The notes under the pieces were generated by a model. The model did no database searches. It saw nothing but the letters and a program-made list of their open reading frames with translations, and had not been told where the DNA came from. 64,000 nt of DNA from Patescibacteria group bacterium (GTDB lineage: Bacteria; Patescibacteriota; Patescibacteriia; Magasanikbacterales; GWA2-37-8), in contig JAQWDH010000002.1 in assembly GCA_028705565.1 (NCBI GenBank), forward strand, positions 40,262 through 104,261, in the 5' to 3' direction. Both the position numbers and the translations under genes were made by a program. Below are positions 19,931 to 28,988 of the stretch, in pieces (within the stretch, counting starts at the first letter, position 1; each line of letters begins with the position of its first letter).

Positions 19931-21238
19931 ATGCGAAATTATATGAAATTTTTTGAGACAATTCACCAAGACAAAAAAAGCCGCGCGCGAGCCGGCATAA
20001 TCCGCGCTGAACACGGCGATATTGAAACGCCGGTTTTTATGCCTGTCGGAACGCAGGCTGTCGTAAAAACTTTGGATAGCGAAGATTTGGAAAAAATCAA
20101 CGCGCAAATTATTTTGGGAAACACATATCATCTGCATCTTCGGTCCGGAGAAGATTTAATCGCGGAAATGGGCGGGCTTCACAAATTTATGAATTGGAAC
20201 AAACCGATTCTCACCGACTCGGGCGGTTTCCAAGTTTTCAGTTTAGGAAAATCATTATTACGACCCACATCTTGTAGAGAGTTGGGATACACCTCAAACA
20301 ATACAAAAATGGATTACAAATCTACCAACAAGGCAGATGGGAATTTCAACTGTCATTCCCGTGAAAACGGGAATCCAGACAATTTGGCGATGGATTCCCG
20401 CCTGCGCGGGAATGACAATACAAAATTGGTAAAAATTGACGACGATGGAGTGTCGTTTCGCTCGCACATTGACGGTTCAAAACATCGCTTTACTCCGGAG
20501 TCGGCGACTGAAATTCAAAATAAGCTCGGCGCTGATATTATTATGGCTTTTGACGAATGCACGCCGGATGAAGCGCCATACGAATACGCGCGGAAAGCGT
20601 TAGACCGCACGCACGACTGGGCGAAAAGATGCTTGGATTTTCATCAAAAAAACAAAAAAAACGAAAAACAATTTTTATTTGGCATCATTCAAGGCGCGAA
20701 GCATAAAGATTTAAGAGAAGAATCCGCCCATTTTATTTCTTCGCTTGATTTTGACGGCATTGCCATAGGCGGAGAATCAATCGGTTATAATATGGAGGCC
20801 ACAAAAGAAATAATGGATTGGGTAACGCCGATTATTCCGGAAAATAAACCGCGCTATACCATGGGTGTCGGACTTGACCCCGCTGATTTATTGCAAGTTG
20901 TGGAAAGCGGAGCAGATATGTTTGATTGCGTCGCCCCAACGCGATTAGCAAGGCATGGTGTGCTGTTTATCAGCGATAAAGCGGACTGTAAACATCGCCT
21001 AAACATTACCAACGCTCAATACACAAAAGACGCGAGTCCGATTGATGAAAAGTGCGAATGTCCTGTTTGTCTGAAATATACTCGCGCTTACATCCATCAT
21101 CTTTTTTTAGCCGATGAAATGACCGGCATGCGCCTCGCTTCAATCCATAACCTGTATTTTATGCTTGATTTAATGCGTAAAACCCGACAGGCGATTTTGG
21201 AAGACAATTTTATGGAATTTAAGAAAAAATGGAAATAA
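19931..21238 (+). CDS. tgt: queuine tRNA-ribosyltransferase carrying an in-frame ~60-aa insertion derived from a palindromic repeat element
   Basis: Tgt motifs are present (PVFMPVGTQA, DSGGFQVFSLG, FDEC, zinc site CxCxxC...H). Compared with E. coli Tgt (SLGDIRKITEQGVHF), the insert is KSLLRPTS...NCHSRENGNPD...MDSRLRGNDN...; the genuine start may be Met5. Confidence 0.85.
   Translation: MRNYMKFFETIHQDKKSRARAGIIRAEHGDIETPVFMPVGTQAVVKTLDSEDLEKINAQIILGNTYHLHLRSGEDLIAEMGGLHKFMNWNKPILTDSGGFQVFSLGKSLLRPTSCRELGYTSNNTKMDYKSTNKADGNFNCHSRENGNPDNLAMDSRLRGNDNTKLVKIDDDGVSFRSHIDGSKHRFTPESATEIQNKLGADIIMAFDECTPDEAPYEYARKALDRTHDWAKRCLDFHQKNKKNEKQFLFGIIQGAKHKDLREESAHFISSLDFDGIAIGGESIGYNMEATKEIMDWVTPIIPENKPRYTMGVGLDPADLLQVVESGADMFDCVAPTRLARHGVLFISDKADCKHRLNITNAQYTKDASPIDEKCECPVCLKYTRAYIHHLFLADEMTGMRLASIHNLYFMLDLMRKTRQAILEDNFMEFKKKWK
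20351..20417. repeat. MITE-family palindromic core (tgtcattcccgtgaaaacgggaatcc ... ggattcccgcctgcgcgggaatgaca) embedded in-frame in tgt
   Basis: Sequence identity to the internal palindromes of the MITE at 13528-13692. Confidence 0.7.
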
Positions 21239-21242
21239 AAAT

Positions 21243-21722
21243 ATGCTTAATATAACTTTAATAACTCTCGGAAAACTCAAAGAAAAATACTGGCGCGACG
21301 CTGAAGCTGAATATATGAAACGATTGAAGCCATACGCCAAAATCACGATTCGCGAATTGAAAGAAGAATCTTTTTCCGAGAAAGACAACCATGAAACGAT
21401 AAAAAAGAAAGAAGCGGAAAAAATCGCGCGCGCTTTGAATTCATTAAAAAATAATTTTATTATTATCTTGGATGAACACGGACAAGAGTCTCCTTCTTTT
21501 GACTTCGCGCGAAATTTTGACGACGCGATGTCAAAACAATCCGGCAACGCCGTGTTTATCATCGGCGGACCTCTTGGATTGGACGAATCAATTTTAAAAC
21601 TCGCTCATCTCAAATTATCGCTATCCAAAATGACATTCACGCACCAAATGGCGAGAGTGTTTCTTTTGGAACAAATTTATCGCGCGATGATGATAAAACA
21701 AGGCAGAAAATACCATTATTGA
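21243..21722 (+). CDS. rlmH: 23S rRNA (pseudouridine1915-N3)-methyltransferase RlmH (SPOUT)
   Basis: Collinear with E. coli RlmH, including the C-terminal ...THQMARVFLLEQIYRA....HY. Confidence 0.8.
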   Translation: MLNITLITLGKLKEKYWRDAEAEYMKRLKPYAKITIRELKEESFSEKDNHETIKKKEAEKIARALNSLKNNFIIILDEHGQESPSFDFARNFDDAMSKQSGNAVFIIGGPLGLDESILKLAHLKLSLSKMTFTHQMARVFLLEQIYRAMMIKQGRKYHY

Positions 21723-21893
21723 CGGACGACGGACGTAATTGTCATTCCCGCGAAAGCCATGCCTACCGGCAGGCAGGCGGAAATCCAGAAACTTTGCTAA
21801 ATGACAATTGAAATGACAATCAAAATTATAGACAATCCCTTTAAAATCATCTACACTAAACATATCGCGAGACATTAAATATACAATATAAAT

Positions 21894-22871
21894 ATGCAAC
21901 GCATTTTATCCGGCATACAGCCGACAAACAAACTTCATCTCGGAAATTACCTGGGGGCCATAAAAAATTGGGTTAATTTGCAAAATCAATTTGAATGCTT
22001 TTTTTTCATTGTTGATTTGCATGCCATCACGGTAAAACAAGACCCAAAAATTCTGCGCGAAAACACATTGGATGTGATAAAAACATACATCGCTTTGGGC
22101 GTTAACCCGAAAAAATCCATAATTTTCGTTCAATCGGATATAAAAGAACACGCCGAACTCGCATGGATTTTAAATACCATCACAAAAATATCCGAATTGG
22201 AAAGGATGACTCAATTCAAGGATAAATCGCGCCAACACGCTGAAAACATTAATGTCGGGCTTTTTGCTTATCCGGTGTTGATGGCCGCGGATATTTTGCT
22301 TTATAACACAAATCTTGTGCCGGTTGGGGAAGACCAGACACAACATTTGGAGTTGTCTCGTCTTCTCGCTAATAGATTTAACCAATTATTCGGCGACACT
22401 TTCATTATTCCGGAACCGTTTATCGGAAAACAAGGAGCTCGCGTGATGGGTCTGGACGACCCGACAAAAAAAATGAGCAAAGGCGCTTCCTCGCCAAATA
22501 ATTATATCGCGCTTTTGGATGACCCGGATGTCGCGAGGAAAAAAATAATGAAAGCGGTAACCGACTCCGGCTCGGAAATTAAAGCGGCGGATAACAAACC
22601 CGCGCTCGCGAATCTTTTAACGATTTATTCTCTGCTCGCGGATAAAACAATCAAAGAAATTGAAAAAGAATACGCCGGACGCGGATACGCGGATTTTAAA
22701 AAAGGGCTGGCTGAAACTACTGTAAAATTCCTCGCGGATTTTCAAAAAAAATTCAACTCCATCGGCGACGCGGAGGCGAAAAAGATATTAAAAAGCGGAG
22801 CTGAAAAAGCGCGCTCTGTCGCATTTAAAAAAATGAAAGAAATTAAAGAAAAAATCGGCTTGGGTTTTTAA
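21894..22871 (+). CDS. trpS: tryptophanyl-tRNA synthetase
   Basis: Class I motifs HLGNY (HIGH-like) and KMSKGAS (KMSKS), about 325 aa. Confidence 0.9.
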   Translation: MQRILSGIQPTNKLHLGNYLGAIKNWVNLQNQFECFFFIVDLHAITVKQDPKILRENTLDVIKTYIALGVNPKKSIIFVQSDIKEHAELAWILNTITKISELERMTQFKDKSRQHAENINVGLFAYPVLMAADILLYNTNLVPVGEDQTQHLELSRLLANRFNQLFGDTFIIPEPFIGKQGARVMGLDDPTKKMSKGASSPNNYIALLDDPDVARKKIMKAVTDSGSEIKAADNKPALANLLTIYSLLADKTIKEIEKEYAGRGYADFKKGLAETTVKFLADFQKKFNSIGDAEAKKILKSGAEKARSVAFKKMKEIKEKIGLGF

Positions 22872-22882
22872 TTTAAAAAAAT

Positions 22883-23284
22883 ATGAGTGAAAGAGAAAAT
22901 TTTAATTTTGAAAAAGAAAAATATAAAAAATTTCCGATAGACGAAATCGTTGATATTTTGGAAGAAACAAAAGAAATGAACGGAAAAACTGAAAAAGAAA
23001 TTATACGGCTCGCGAAAAATTACATTAAAGAATTGAGCGGCGGAAAAAAAATTGAAGAAATTTTGAAAGAAGCCAAGGAAATGATTGACCCGCGCGACCG
23101 CGAACATCCGGATAATGACGGCTCGCTCATGGCGGAAATTGAGATAATCCCTTTTAAAAATAAAGATATAAATGACACCACGGCGTCTTTTTTACTGCGT
23201 GAAAAAAATAATCCTCGGTTTAATGTCCAAAAAAATAAAGGATATATAATTATGGAAATTCCATACAACGATTTGCTTGATTGA
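22883..23284 (+). CDS. hypothetical protein
   Basis: ORF only. Confidence 0.35.
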   Translation: MSERENFNFEKEKYKKFPIDEIVDILEETKEMNGKTEKEIIRLAKNYIKELSGGKKIEEILKEAKEMIDPRDREHPDNDGSLMAEIEIIPFKNKDINDTTASFLLREKNNPRFNVQKNKGYIIMEIPYNDLLD

Positions 23285-23352
23285 ATTTTATCGGGTTAAT
23301 TATTTAAATTTTTCAATTAAAATAGGCCCGCCGAAACGGCAGGCCTTTTTTG

Positions 23353-24024
23353 TTATTTAAAATATTCCAGATAATCCGGAATTTTCGTTACAGGATTATC
23401 TGAAATAAATTCTTTGTCTTCCTCTTTTTCCGGAAGCCAGCAATTTTTAATTATTTTAATTTTTTTTCTTATTAAAATTTCTTTCAAAATACACTTAAGT
23501 TCCGAAGGGCTGTACGCTCCTCTCTTTATCCCTTCGTTTTTTATCAGATGTTCCATTAAAAAATACACGAATTTGTTGGCTTTTTTATCTTTATCTGTGT
23601 TTACGCCTTCTTTTTCCATTTTTTCCAACTCAATTAATTTTTTTTCAAGATAGAGAACTTCCGTCCCGAAAATGACACTCCAATAATATTCAAAAACATT
23701 ATTATCCTTATTACCCTTTGTAATTTGGGAGAATGTCCTTTCCCTAACGAGGTTTTCCACCTCAAATGGCGTTAGGTCGTACGACAATGGCGTTAGGTCA
23801 TACAACCACACCTTGAACAACCCGTGCCACGCCATATGGTGGCCTAAAAAAACTTCAATTATATTTTTTTTTGAATTTATTCCACCCCTGCACAACGGAA
23901 CACAATGATGTTCCGTTATAGTAGAGAGAAACCGCGGGATACTTACTTTTTTACGCTCTGGGCTTTTATTCTTCTTTGGTTTTTTTCTTCTACGCGTCAT
24001 CATTTTCCTCCTTTTCATTTTCAA
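23353..24024 (-). CDS. HNH-endonuclease-like protein with a highly basic N-terminal tail
   Basis: Motif EHHCVPLCRGGINSKKNIIEVFLGHHMAWH matches the HNH pattern HH..P...GG...N......H...H. The gene contains a 21-bp tandem duplication (YDLTPLSYDLTP). Confidence 0.5.
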   Translation of the reverse strand: MKMKRRKMMTRRRKKPKKNKSPERKKVSIPRFLSTITEHHCVPLCRGGINSKKNIIEVFLGHHMAWHGLFKVWLYDLTPLSYDLTPFEVENLVRERTFSQITKGNKDNNVFEYYWSVIFGTEVLYLEKKLIELEKMEKEGVNTDKDKKANKFVYFLMEHLIKNEGIKRGAYSPSELKCILKEILIRKKIKIIKNCWLPEKEEDKEFISDNPVTKIPDYLEYFK

Positions 24025-24509
24025 TCAAAAATTTTAAATTGTAGATAGTCCTCCAATACCTTTCCAACAACTTCAATTTTATTATCTGCCATAAATAACT
24101 TCCACCTTTTTTTAATCCCACTCTCCATATCAAATTCAATATGTCCGCCTGAAAATCCGATCCTCAAAATTAATCCGTCTTTCCCGTTTTTTTTGATATC
24201 CGCTAAAACATCGGTATTAACCATCTTCTCCGAGGAATATACTACATAAGAAACCACAGAAGAGCAGAAATCAGAAAAAAATTTCTCCACTTTAAAAATT
24301 TCTCCGTTCTGTTTGCCTACTGGCACTGAACAGCGAATTTCTATTTTTTTTCCGACAATTTCATTTAATTTCTTAAATTTTTTATTTGTTATTTCATTCA
24401 AAAACTCTACCAAAAATTTCTCCAGATCCTCGTTTTGTGATTCTTTGTTTTGTTCTTTTTTCATTTTTTCCTCCAATTTTTGTCCGCCTTCAGCGGACTG
24501 ATTTTTCAA
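24021..24509 (-). CDS. hypothetical protein; its stop overlaps the start of the HNH-like gene by 4 nt
   Basis: ORF with a 4-nt start/stop overlap, suggesting a two-gene operon. Confidence 0.4.
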   Translation of the reverse strand: MKNQSAEGGQKLEEKMKKEQNKESQNEDLEKFLVEFLNEITNKKFKKLNEIVGKKIEIRCSVPVGKQNGEIFKVEKFFSDFCSSVVSYVVYSSEKMVNTDVLADIKKNGKDGLILRIGFSGGHIEFDMESGIKKRWKLFMADNKIEVVGKVLEDYLQFKIFD

Positions 24510-24611
24510 AGTTCTTCCTCCTTATTCGTTTCTAAACTTACACTGTATCGCGGATTGTGTCAATACAAGCCCTTGATTTTTTTATTTTTTCTGGTATTAT
24601 TTAATGGACGA

Positions 24612-24685
24612 TAGGGGGTTCGTATAGTGGCAGTACAGCGGTCTCCAAAACCGTTAGCGCGGGTTCGATTCCTGCACCCCCTGCC
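24612..24685 (+). tRNA. tRNA-Trp (anticodon CCA), CCA end encoded
   Basis: Manual cloverleaf: acceptor agggggt/accccct, anticodon loop ctCCAaa, T-loop ttcgatt, 74 nt. Confidence 0.85.
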
Positions 24686-24690
24686 AATCA

Positions 24691-24725
24691 AAAAACCGTC
24701 CGGTAGAATGACCGGACGGTTTTTA
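24691..24725 (+). terminator. rho-independent terminator (aaaaccgtccgg...ccggacggtttt + T-run) after tRNA-Trp
   Basis: 12-bp stem followed by a T-rich tract. Confidence 0.7.
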
Positions 24726-24751
24726 GATTTTTACTTATTTTCTTCCGCTTC

Positions 24752-25303
24752 TTAAAATTTTTTTATTCTATTTCTAACCGATTCAACCACATCTTGAAAA
24801 TCCTTTTCTTCTTTCTCCTCGTCTCTTTTCTTTTTTTCTTCCGTTTCTTTTTGCGCTTCATTTTTTCTCTTGTCTTCCTCGTCTTTCTTTTTCTTTATCT
24901 CAATAAACGCCTCTTCTATCGCGTCTTCATCCGACTTTTCCGCTTCTTCCGTTTTTTTGTTCGCTTCTTCGGCTTGCCGCGCTTCATCTCTTAAAGAAAA
25001 ATTTTTTTCATTTTTTGTTTTATCTTCAAATAAAATACCAACATCGTCGCTTTTTTTTTCCAATCTCGGGTAAGATTTAAGCGGCCCGCCGATAATTTCT
25101 TCCACCTCTTTTTCTTTGGCGATTTTTTCCTCGGCTTTTTCCGCTTTTATTTTCATCGCCAATTTATCAGCTATTTCTTCCACGCTTTCCTCGGCTCTTA
25201 CGCCAACGCGTTTGTCATCTTCTTTTTGCGCGCCCATCATTTCTTTATCTTTTTTGCTTAAAAACTTTTCCAATCCCCTGTTTAAAAATTCTCCTATGGA
25301 CAT
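24752..25303 (-). CDS. hypothetical highly charged (K/E-rich) protein
   Basis: ORF only; low complexity. Confidence 0.35.
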   Translation of the reverse strand: MSIGEFLNRGLEKFLSKKDKEMMGAQKEDDKRVGVRAEESVEEIADKLAMKIKAEKAEEKIAKEKEVEEIIGGPLKSYPRLEKKSDDVGILFEDKTKNEKNFSLRDEARQAEEANKKTEEAEKSDEDAIEEAFIEIKKKKDEEDKRKNEAQKETEEKKKRDEEKEEKDFQDVVESVRNRIKKF

Positions 25304-25348
25304 ACTTTTATGGATTAAAAATAAATTATTCGTTGAATTCCATACAAT

Positions 25349-26191
25349 TTACTCGCCTAACTTATTAACATTTTTTAGCCCCTTCTTTTCATCGGATTTC
25401 AGTTTCCTATCAACTTTTTTTATATCTTCCTCAGCCGGTAAATTTTCCGGATAAATGCCTCTGGAAATTAAAGTTTTTCTAACCGACCGGCTGTTTGTAA
25501 TGTGTTCATCGGAAATTTGCATTTCGCTATTCAAACCTTTTTCTTTGGAATTAAAAATAGTAATCTCGGTGGCGAAATCTTTGGCTTTTAAAATAATGGT
25601 CGGCTGAAAATCAGCTAATGCTCGGCTGTCTGGAATTCCCAACCTATTTTTCATTTCTTGCGTGGTATAACCAAACAATGCCTTGTCGCCTTTGCTCCTG
25701 ATTAACCCAAAATTTTTATCGCTTCCGGTTTACTGGAAAATTACGCCTGAAAGTTCTTTTTCTGTTTCAGATAACTTTTGTCGCGCCAGCAACCGTTCCG
25801 AGTCCTGTATTCTTTTCTCTATAATCTCAAACTTTCTGGTTTGGACGGCAAAATATGTCTGAGCAAAGGCAATCTCTTCTTTCCGTGGGTCGCCATTTTG
25901 AGCTATGAGATAACAGGCATACCTGGTAAGCATTACATCAAGCACCTCTTTTTCCGCAGTTTTAGGCATTTTTATCGTTTTCCCGACATCGGCAAAATGA
26001 TCGGAGGTGGTCTGCCCGGATATTTCACAAGCCGTTTTCGCTTTAAAAATAACCTTCAAAAAATTATCCCACTTATCATATCCTAAAAGGTGTTGCAGGT
26101 CGCGCGCAAACCAAAATTCAATGCCATTTTCTGTCTTATTGATAAAAGATTCAAAATTTTGCGTTAGTGATTGTATGATTTGATGTTCCAT
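25349..26191 (-). pseudogene. dinD: DNA-damage-inducible protein D (DinD) homolog interrupted by one in-frame TAA (25730-25732); both halves are in the same frame
   Basis: The N-terminal half (EFWFARDLQHLLGYDKWDNFLKVIFKAKTACEISGQTTSDHF...TRYACYLIAQNGDP...QTYFAVQTR) is collinear with E. coli DinD. The C-terminal half continues in the same frame after the stop (...IFQ*TGSDKNFG...). Confidence 0.6.
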
Positions 26192-26319
26192 GCTATTTTG
26201 ATTTCAAAAATAATTTTAAAATAGCGAAGGTAATCCGCAGTCCGCAGTCCGTTATTTATAATTCCTAGCGAGCCACAGGCGAAAGTTTACTTTCATCTGG
26301 GGCGAGCGACGGAATTTCA

Positions 26320-26346
26320 AGTGATGTCACGCGCCGTGACATCACT
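26320..26346. promoter_or_regulatory. Perfect 11-bp inverted repeat (agtgatgtcac-N5-gtgacatcact) just upstream of the rplA promoter in the divergent dinD/rplA intergenic region; candidate operator
   Basis: Read directly from the sequence. Confidence 0.4.
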
Positions 26347-26360
26347 TATATTACACAATC

Positions 26361-26389
26361 TTGACAAAATCCGCAAACTGCGGTAAAAT
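26361..26389 (+). promoter_or_regulatory. sigma70-type promoter TTGACA-18bp-TAAAAT upstream of rplA
   Basis: Consensus -35 at 26361-26366 and -10 at 26384-26389. Confidence 0.55.
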
Positions 26390-26463
26390 TAAACAAATAA
26401 TAAAATCAATAAGTGTGGGATCCCGACCATTCGGGAGTTTGCACCACTAATAAATTTAATAAT

Positions 26464-27141
26464 ATGTCCAAAAGAATGGATGCCTTAAGGGCAAAAATAG
26501 ACCAAAGTAAGGTCTATTCAATAGACGAGGCCGTAAAACTCGTCAAAGAAACATCCGGCGTTAAATTTGACGCGAGCGTTGAAGCGCACGCCAAACTCGG
26601 AATTGACCCGAAAAAAGGCGAACAGCAAATCCGCGCGAGCGTTAAACTTCCGCACGGCACTGGAAAAACCAAAAAAATCGCGGCTTTCGTTTCCGCTGAA
26701 AAAGAAAAAGAAGCGAAAGAAGCCGGGGCCGATTTGGTTTGCGGAGAAGAAGAAATTAAAAAAATAAAAGACACGGGCAAAATTGATTTTGAAATCGCCG
26801 TGACTACTCCGGATATGATGCCAAAAATGGCCGCCATCGCGAAAGTTCTTGGCCCGAAAGGTCTTATGCCGAGCCCAAAGACGGAAACCGTTAGCGCGAA
26901 TATCAAAAAAATGATTGAGGAATTGAAAAAAGGCAAAGCGACTTTTAAAAATGACGACTCCGCGAATATTCATCAAATTATAGGCAAGGTTAGCTTCTCG
27001 GAAAACCAACTAAAAGAAAACCTGGAAGCTTTCTTGGAAGCTTTAAAGAAAGCCAGACCGGCCACGACAAAAGGAACATATATAAAAAATTTGGTTATTT
27101 GTTCCGCGATGGGACCGTCAATAAAAATCTCAGCAAATTAA
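26464..27141 (+). CDS. rplA: 50S ribosomal protein L1
   Basis: L1 sequence MSKRMDALRAKIDQSK...; start set at the internal ATG at 26464. No rplK, rplJ or rplL is adjacent. Confidence 0.9.
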   Translation: MSKRMDALRAKIDQSKVYSIDEAVKLVKETSGVKFDASVEAHAKLGIDPKKGEQQIRASVKLPHGTGKTKKIAAFVSAEKEKEAKEAGADLVCGEEEIKKIKDTGKIDFEIAVTTPDMMPKMAAIAKVLGPKGLMPSPKTETVSANIKKMIEELKKGKATFKNDDSANIHQIIGKVSFSENQLKENLEAFLEALKKARPATTKGTYIKNLVICSAMGPSIKISAN

Positions 27142-27258
27142 AGTTTTTATTACTCAACAAAAACAACTCCCGAAAATAATTCGTGGGTTGTTTTTTTTAT
27201 GTATTTTTTTTAAAATATGATATAGTATCTTAAATTATTATTTATCTGATTAAAAAAT

Positions 27259-27744
27259 ATGACAACCAAACAAAGGGAGGATAACATCTCCTGGGATGAA
27301 TGCTTTATGCGCATGGCGCATGTTATCGCCGGACGCTCAAAAGACCCTTCCACGCAAGCCGGCGCGGTTTTAGTTGACCAAAACAATGTGGTTTTCGGCC
27401 TCGGTTACAACGGATTTCCGCGTGGAACTGACAGTAATGCTTTTCCATGGGAACGTGAAGGAAATTTTTTGGACACCAAATATCCGTATGTCTGCCACGC
27501 CGAAGAAAACGCCGTTTATAATTCGCGAACCTCGGTTCACGGATGTAAAGTTTATTGCACTCTTTTTCCATGCAACGAATGCGCAAAGACGCTTATTCAA
27601 AACCATATCGTGGAAATTATTTTTGAAAGCGACAAACACCACGACCAAGATTCTTACATCGCTTCACGCAGGCTTTTGGATGCCGCCGGAGTAAAATACA
27701 GACAATATGTCTGCGCTTGGGAGAAAAAAATTCATAACTCATAA
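27259..27744 (+). CDS. dCMP deaminase (cytidine/deoxycytidylate deaminase family)
   Basis: Zinc-binding motifs CHAEENA and PCNECAK. Confidence 0.8.
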   Translation: MTTKQREDNISWDECFMRMAHVIAGRSKDPSTQAGAVLVDQNNVVFGLGYNGFPRGTDSNAFPWEREGNFLDTKYPYVCHAEENAVYNSRTSVHGCKVYCTLFPCNECAKTLIQNHIVEIIFESDKHHDQDSYIASRRLLDAAGVKYRQYVCAWEKKIHNS

Positions 27745-27762
27745 TTCATTTCGCAAACGACT

Positions 27763-28338
27763 ATGCAAAAAATAATTTTGGGTTTTGTCGGCGACTTAGC
27801 GGCCGGCAAAGGCGCGATTTGTAAATATCTCAAAGAAAAATACGGCATAAATTCTTATCGCTTTTCCACTCCACTGCGCGATGTTTTGGACCGTCTTTAT
27901 GTTGAAAAAAATCGCGAAAATTTACAAAAACTTTCCACCGTGATTCGCGAAAATTTCAGCCAGGACATATTGAGCAAGATAATAGCGGAGGACGCTGTTA
28001 ATGATAAAAACGAAATTGTCGCCGTGGAAGGCATACGTCGGCCGAGCGATATAGTTTATTTGGAAAAAATAGACGGATTTCACCTTGTTTATATCACGGC
28101 GGAATCAAAACTGCGATGGGAACGTTTGGTAAAAAGAAACGAGAACCTTGGAGACGACAAAAAAACTTACGAAGAATTTTTGCGAGACGAACAAGCGGAG
28201 GCGGACCGACTGATTAAAGAACTCGGAAAAAAATGCGAATTTACAATCAACAATAATGGCAACTTCGGAGAACTTTATGAAAATTTGGAAAATATTTTAA
28301 ATTCTTTGAGAAAAAACGATTATGAAAATAAAAATTAA
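27763..28338 (+). CDS. P-loop nucleotide kinase-like protein (family uncertain)
   Basis: Walker A GDLAAGKG at the N-terminus. Embedded in the nucleotide-metabolism cluster. Confidence 0.45.
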   Translation: MQKIILGFVGDLAAGKGAICKYLKEKYGINSYRFSTPLRDVLDRLYVEKNRENLQKLSTVIRENFSQDILSKIIAEDAVNDKNEIVAVEGIRRPSDIVYLEKIDGFHLVYITAESKLRWERLVKRNENLGDDKKTYEEFLRDEQAEADRLIKELGKKCEFTINNNGNFGELYENLENILNSLRKNDYENKN

Positions 28339-28759
28339 AAAACTTCGGGCTGATGCCGCCATGCCGACATACGCGCGGCCCGGGGATGCCGGTCTTGATT
28401 TATATTCGCTGGAAAATTACGAACTCCGACCGGGCGAAAGAAAAATTTTTGACCTCGGTTTTGCAATGGAATTTGAATTCGGATACGCCGCGATTATCAA
28501 AGACAAGGGTAGTTTGCCTAAAAACGGCGGTATCCACACGATGGGCGGAGTTTTTGACGCAGGTTATCGCGGAGAATACAATGTCCAATTGATAAATTTG
28601 GGAAACGAACCTTATAAAATTGAAAAAGGACAAAAAATCGCCCAGCTGATAATTTACCCGATTATTATCGCTGATTTGGAAGAAACCGATGAATTGTCGG
28701 AAAGCATTCGCGGAGACGGCCGTTTTGGCAGCACAGGAAAAAAAATTAACCAAAATTGA
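28322..28759 (+). CDS. dut: dUTP diphosphatase
   Basis: dUTPase motifs GDAGLDL, DAGYRGE and RGDGRFGSTG. Confidence 0.9.
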   Translation: MKIKIKKLRADAAMPTYARPGDAGLDLYSLENYELRPGERKIFDLGFAMEFEFGYAAIIKDKGSLPKNGGIHTMGGVFDAGYRGEYNVQLINLGNEPYKIEKGQKIAQLIIYPIIIADLEETDELSESIRGDGRFGSTGKKINQN

Positions 28760-28988
28760 CAAAACGCTAAAAATATGCTATAATTATGTTATATGGCTCA
28801 AACAGATGACAATATTAAAGAAAAAATCGCTGAACTGGAAGAGGCGTTGAAGGAATTTAAACAAAAAAACGCCGAGATAAGAAAAAAATGCCAAAATATC
28901 ATCAAAAAAGCGTATGGTGAGATTGATAAACAAAAAAAGGAGGATTTGGCCAAAAAAATAAAAAATTTATAAATATTATTTTAAACAT

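Noticed and set aside
21723-21893. Possible T-box leader upstream of trpS
   Set aside because: The intergenic region is too short after removing the repeat fragment and promoter, and no specifier/T-box conserved sequence (AGGGUGGNACCGCG) was seen.
25727-25732. Alternative genetic code (stop codon reassignment) suggested by the in-frame TAA in dinD
   Set aside because: All essential genes in the window (rpoB/C, fusA, tuf, ileS, ribosomal proteins) terminate normally with intact frames under the standard code. No bacterial code reassigns UAA.
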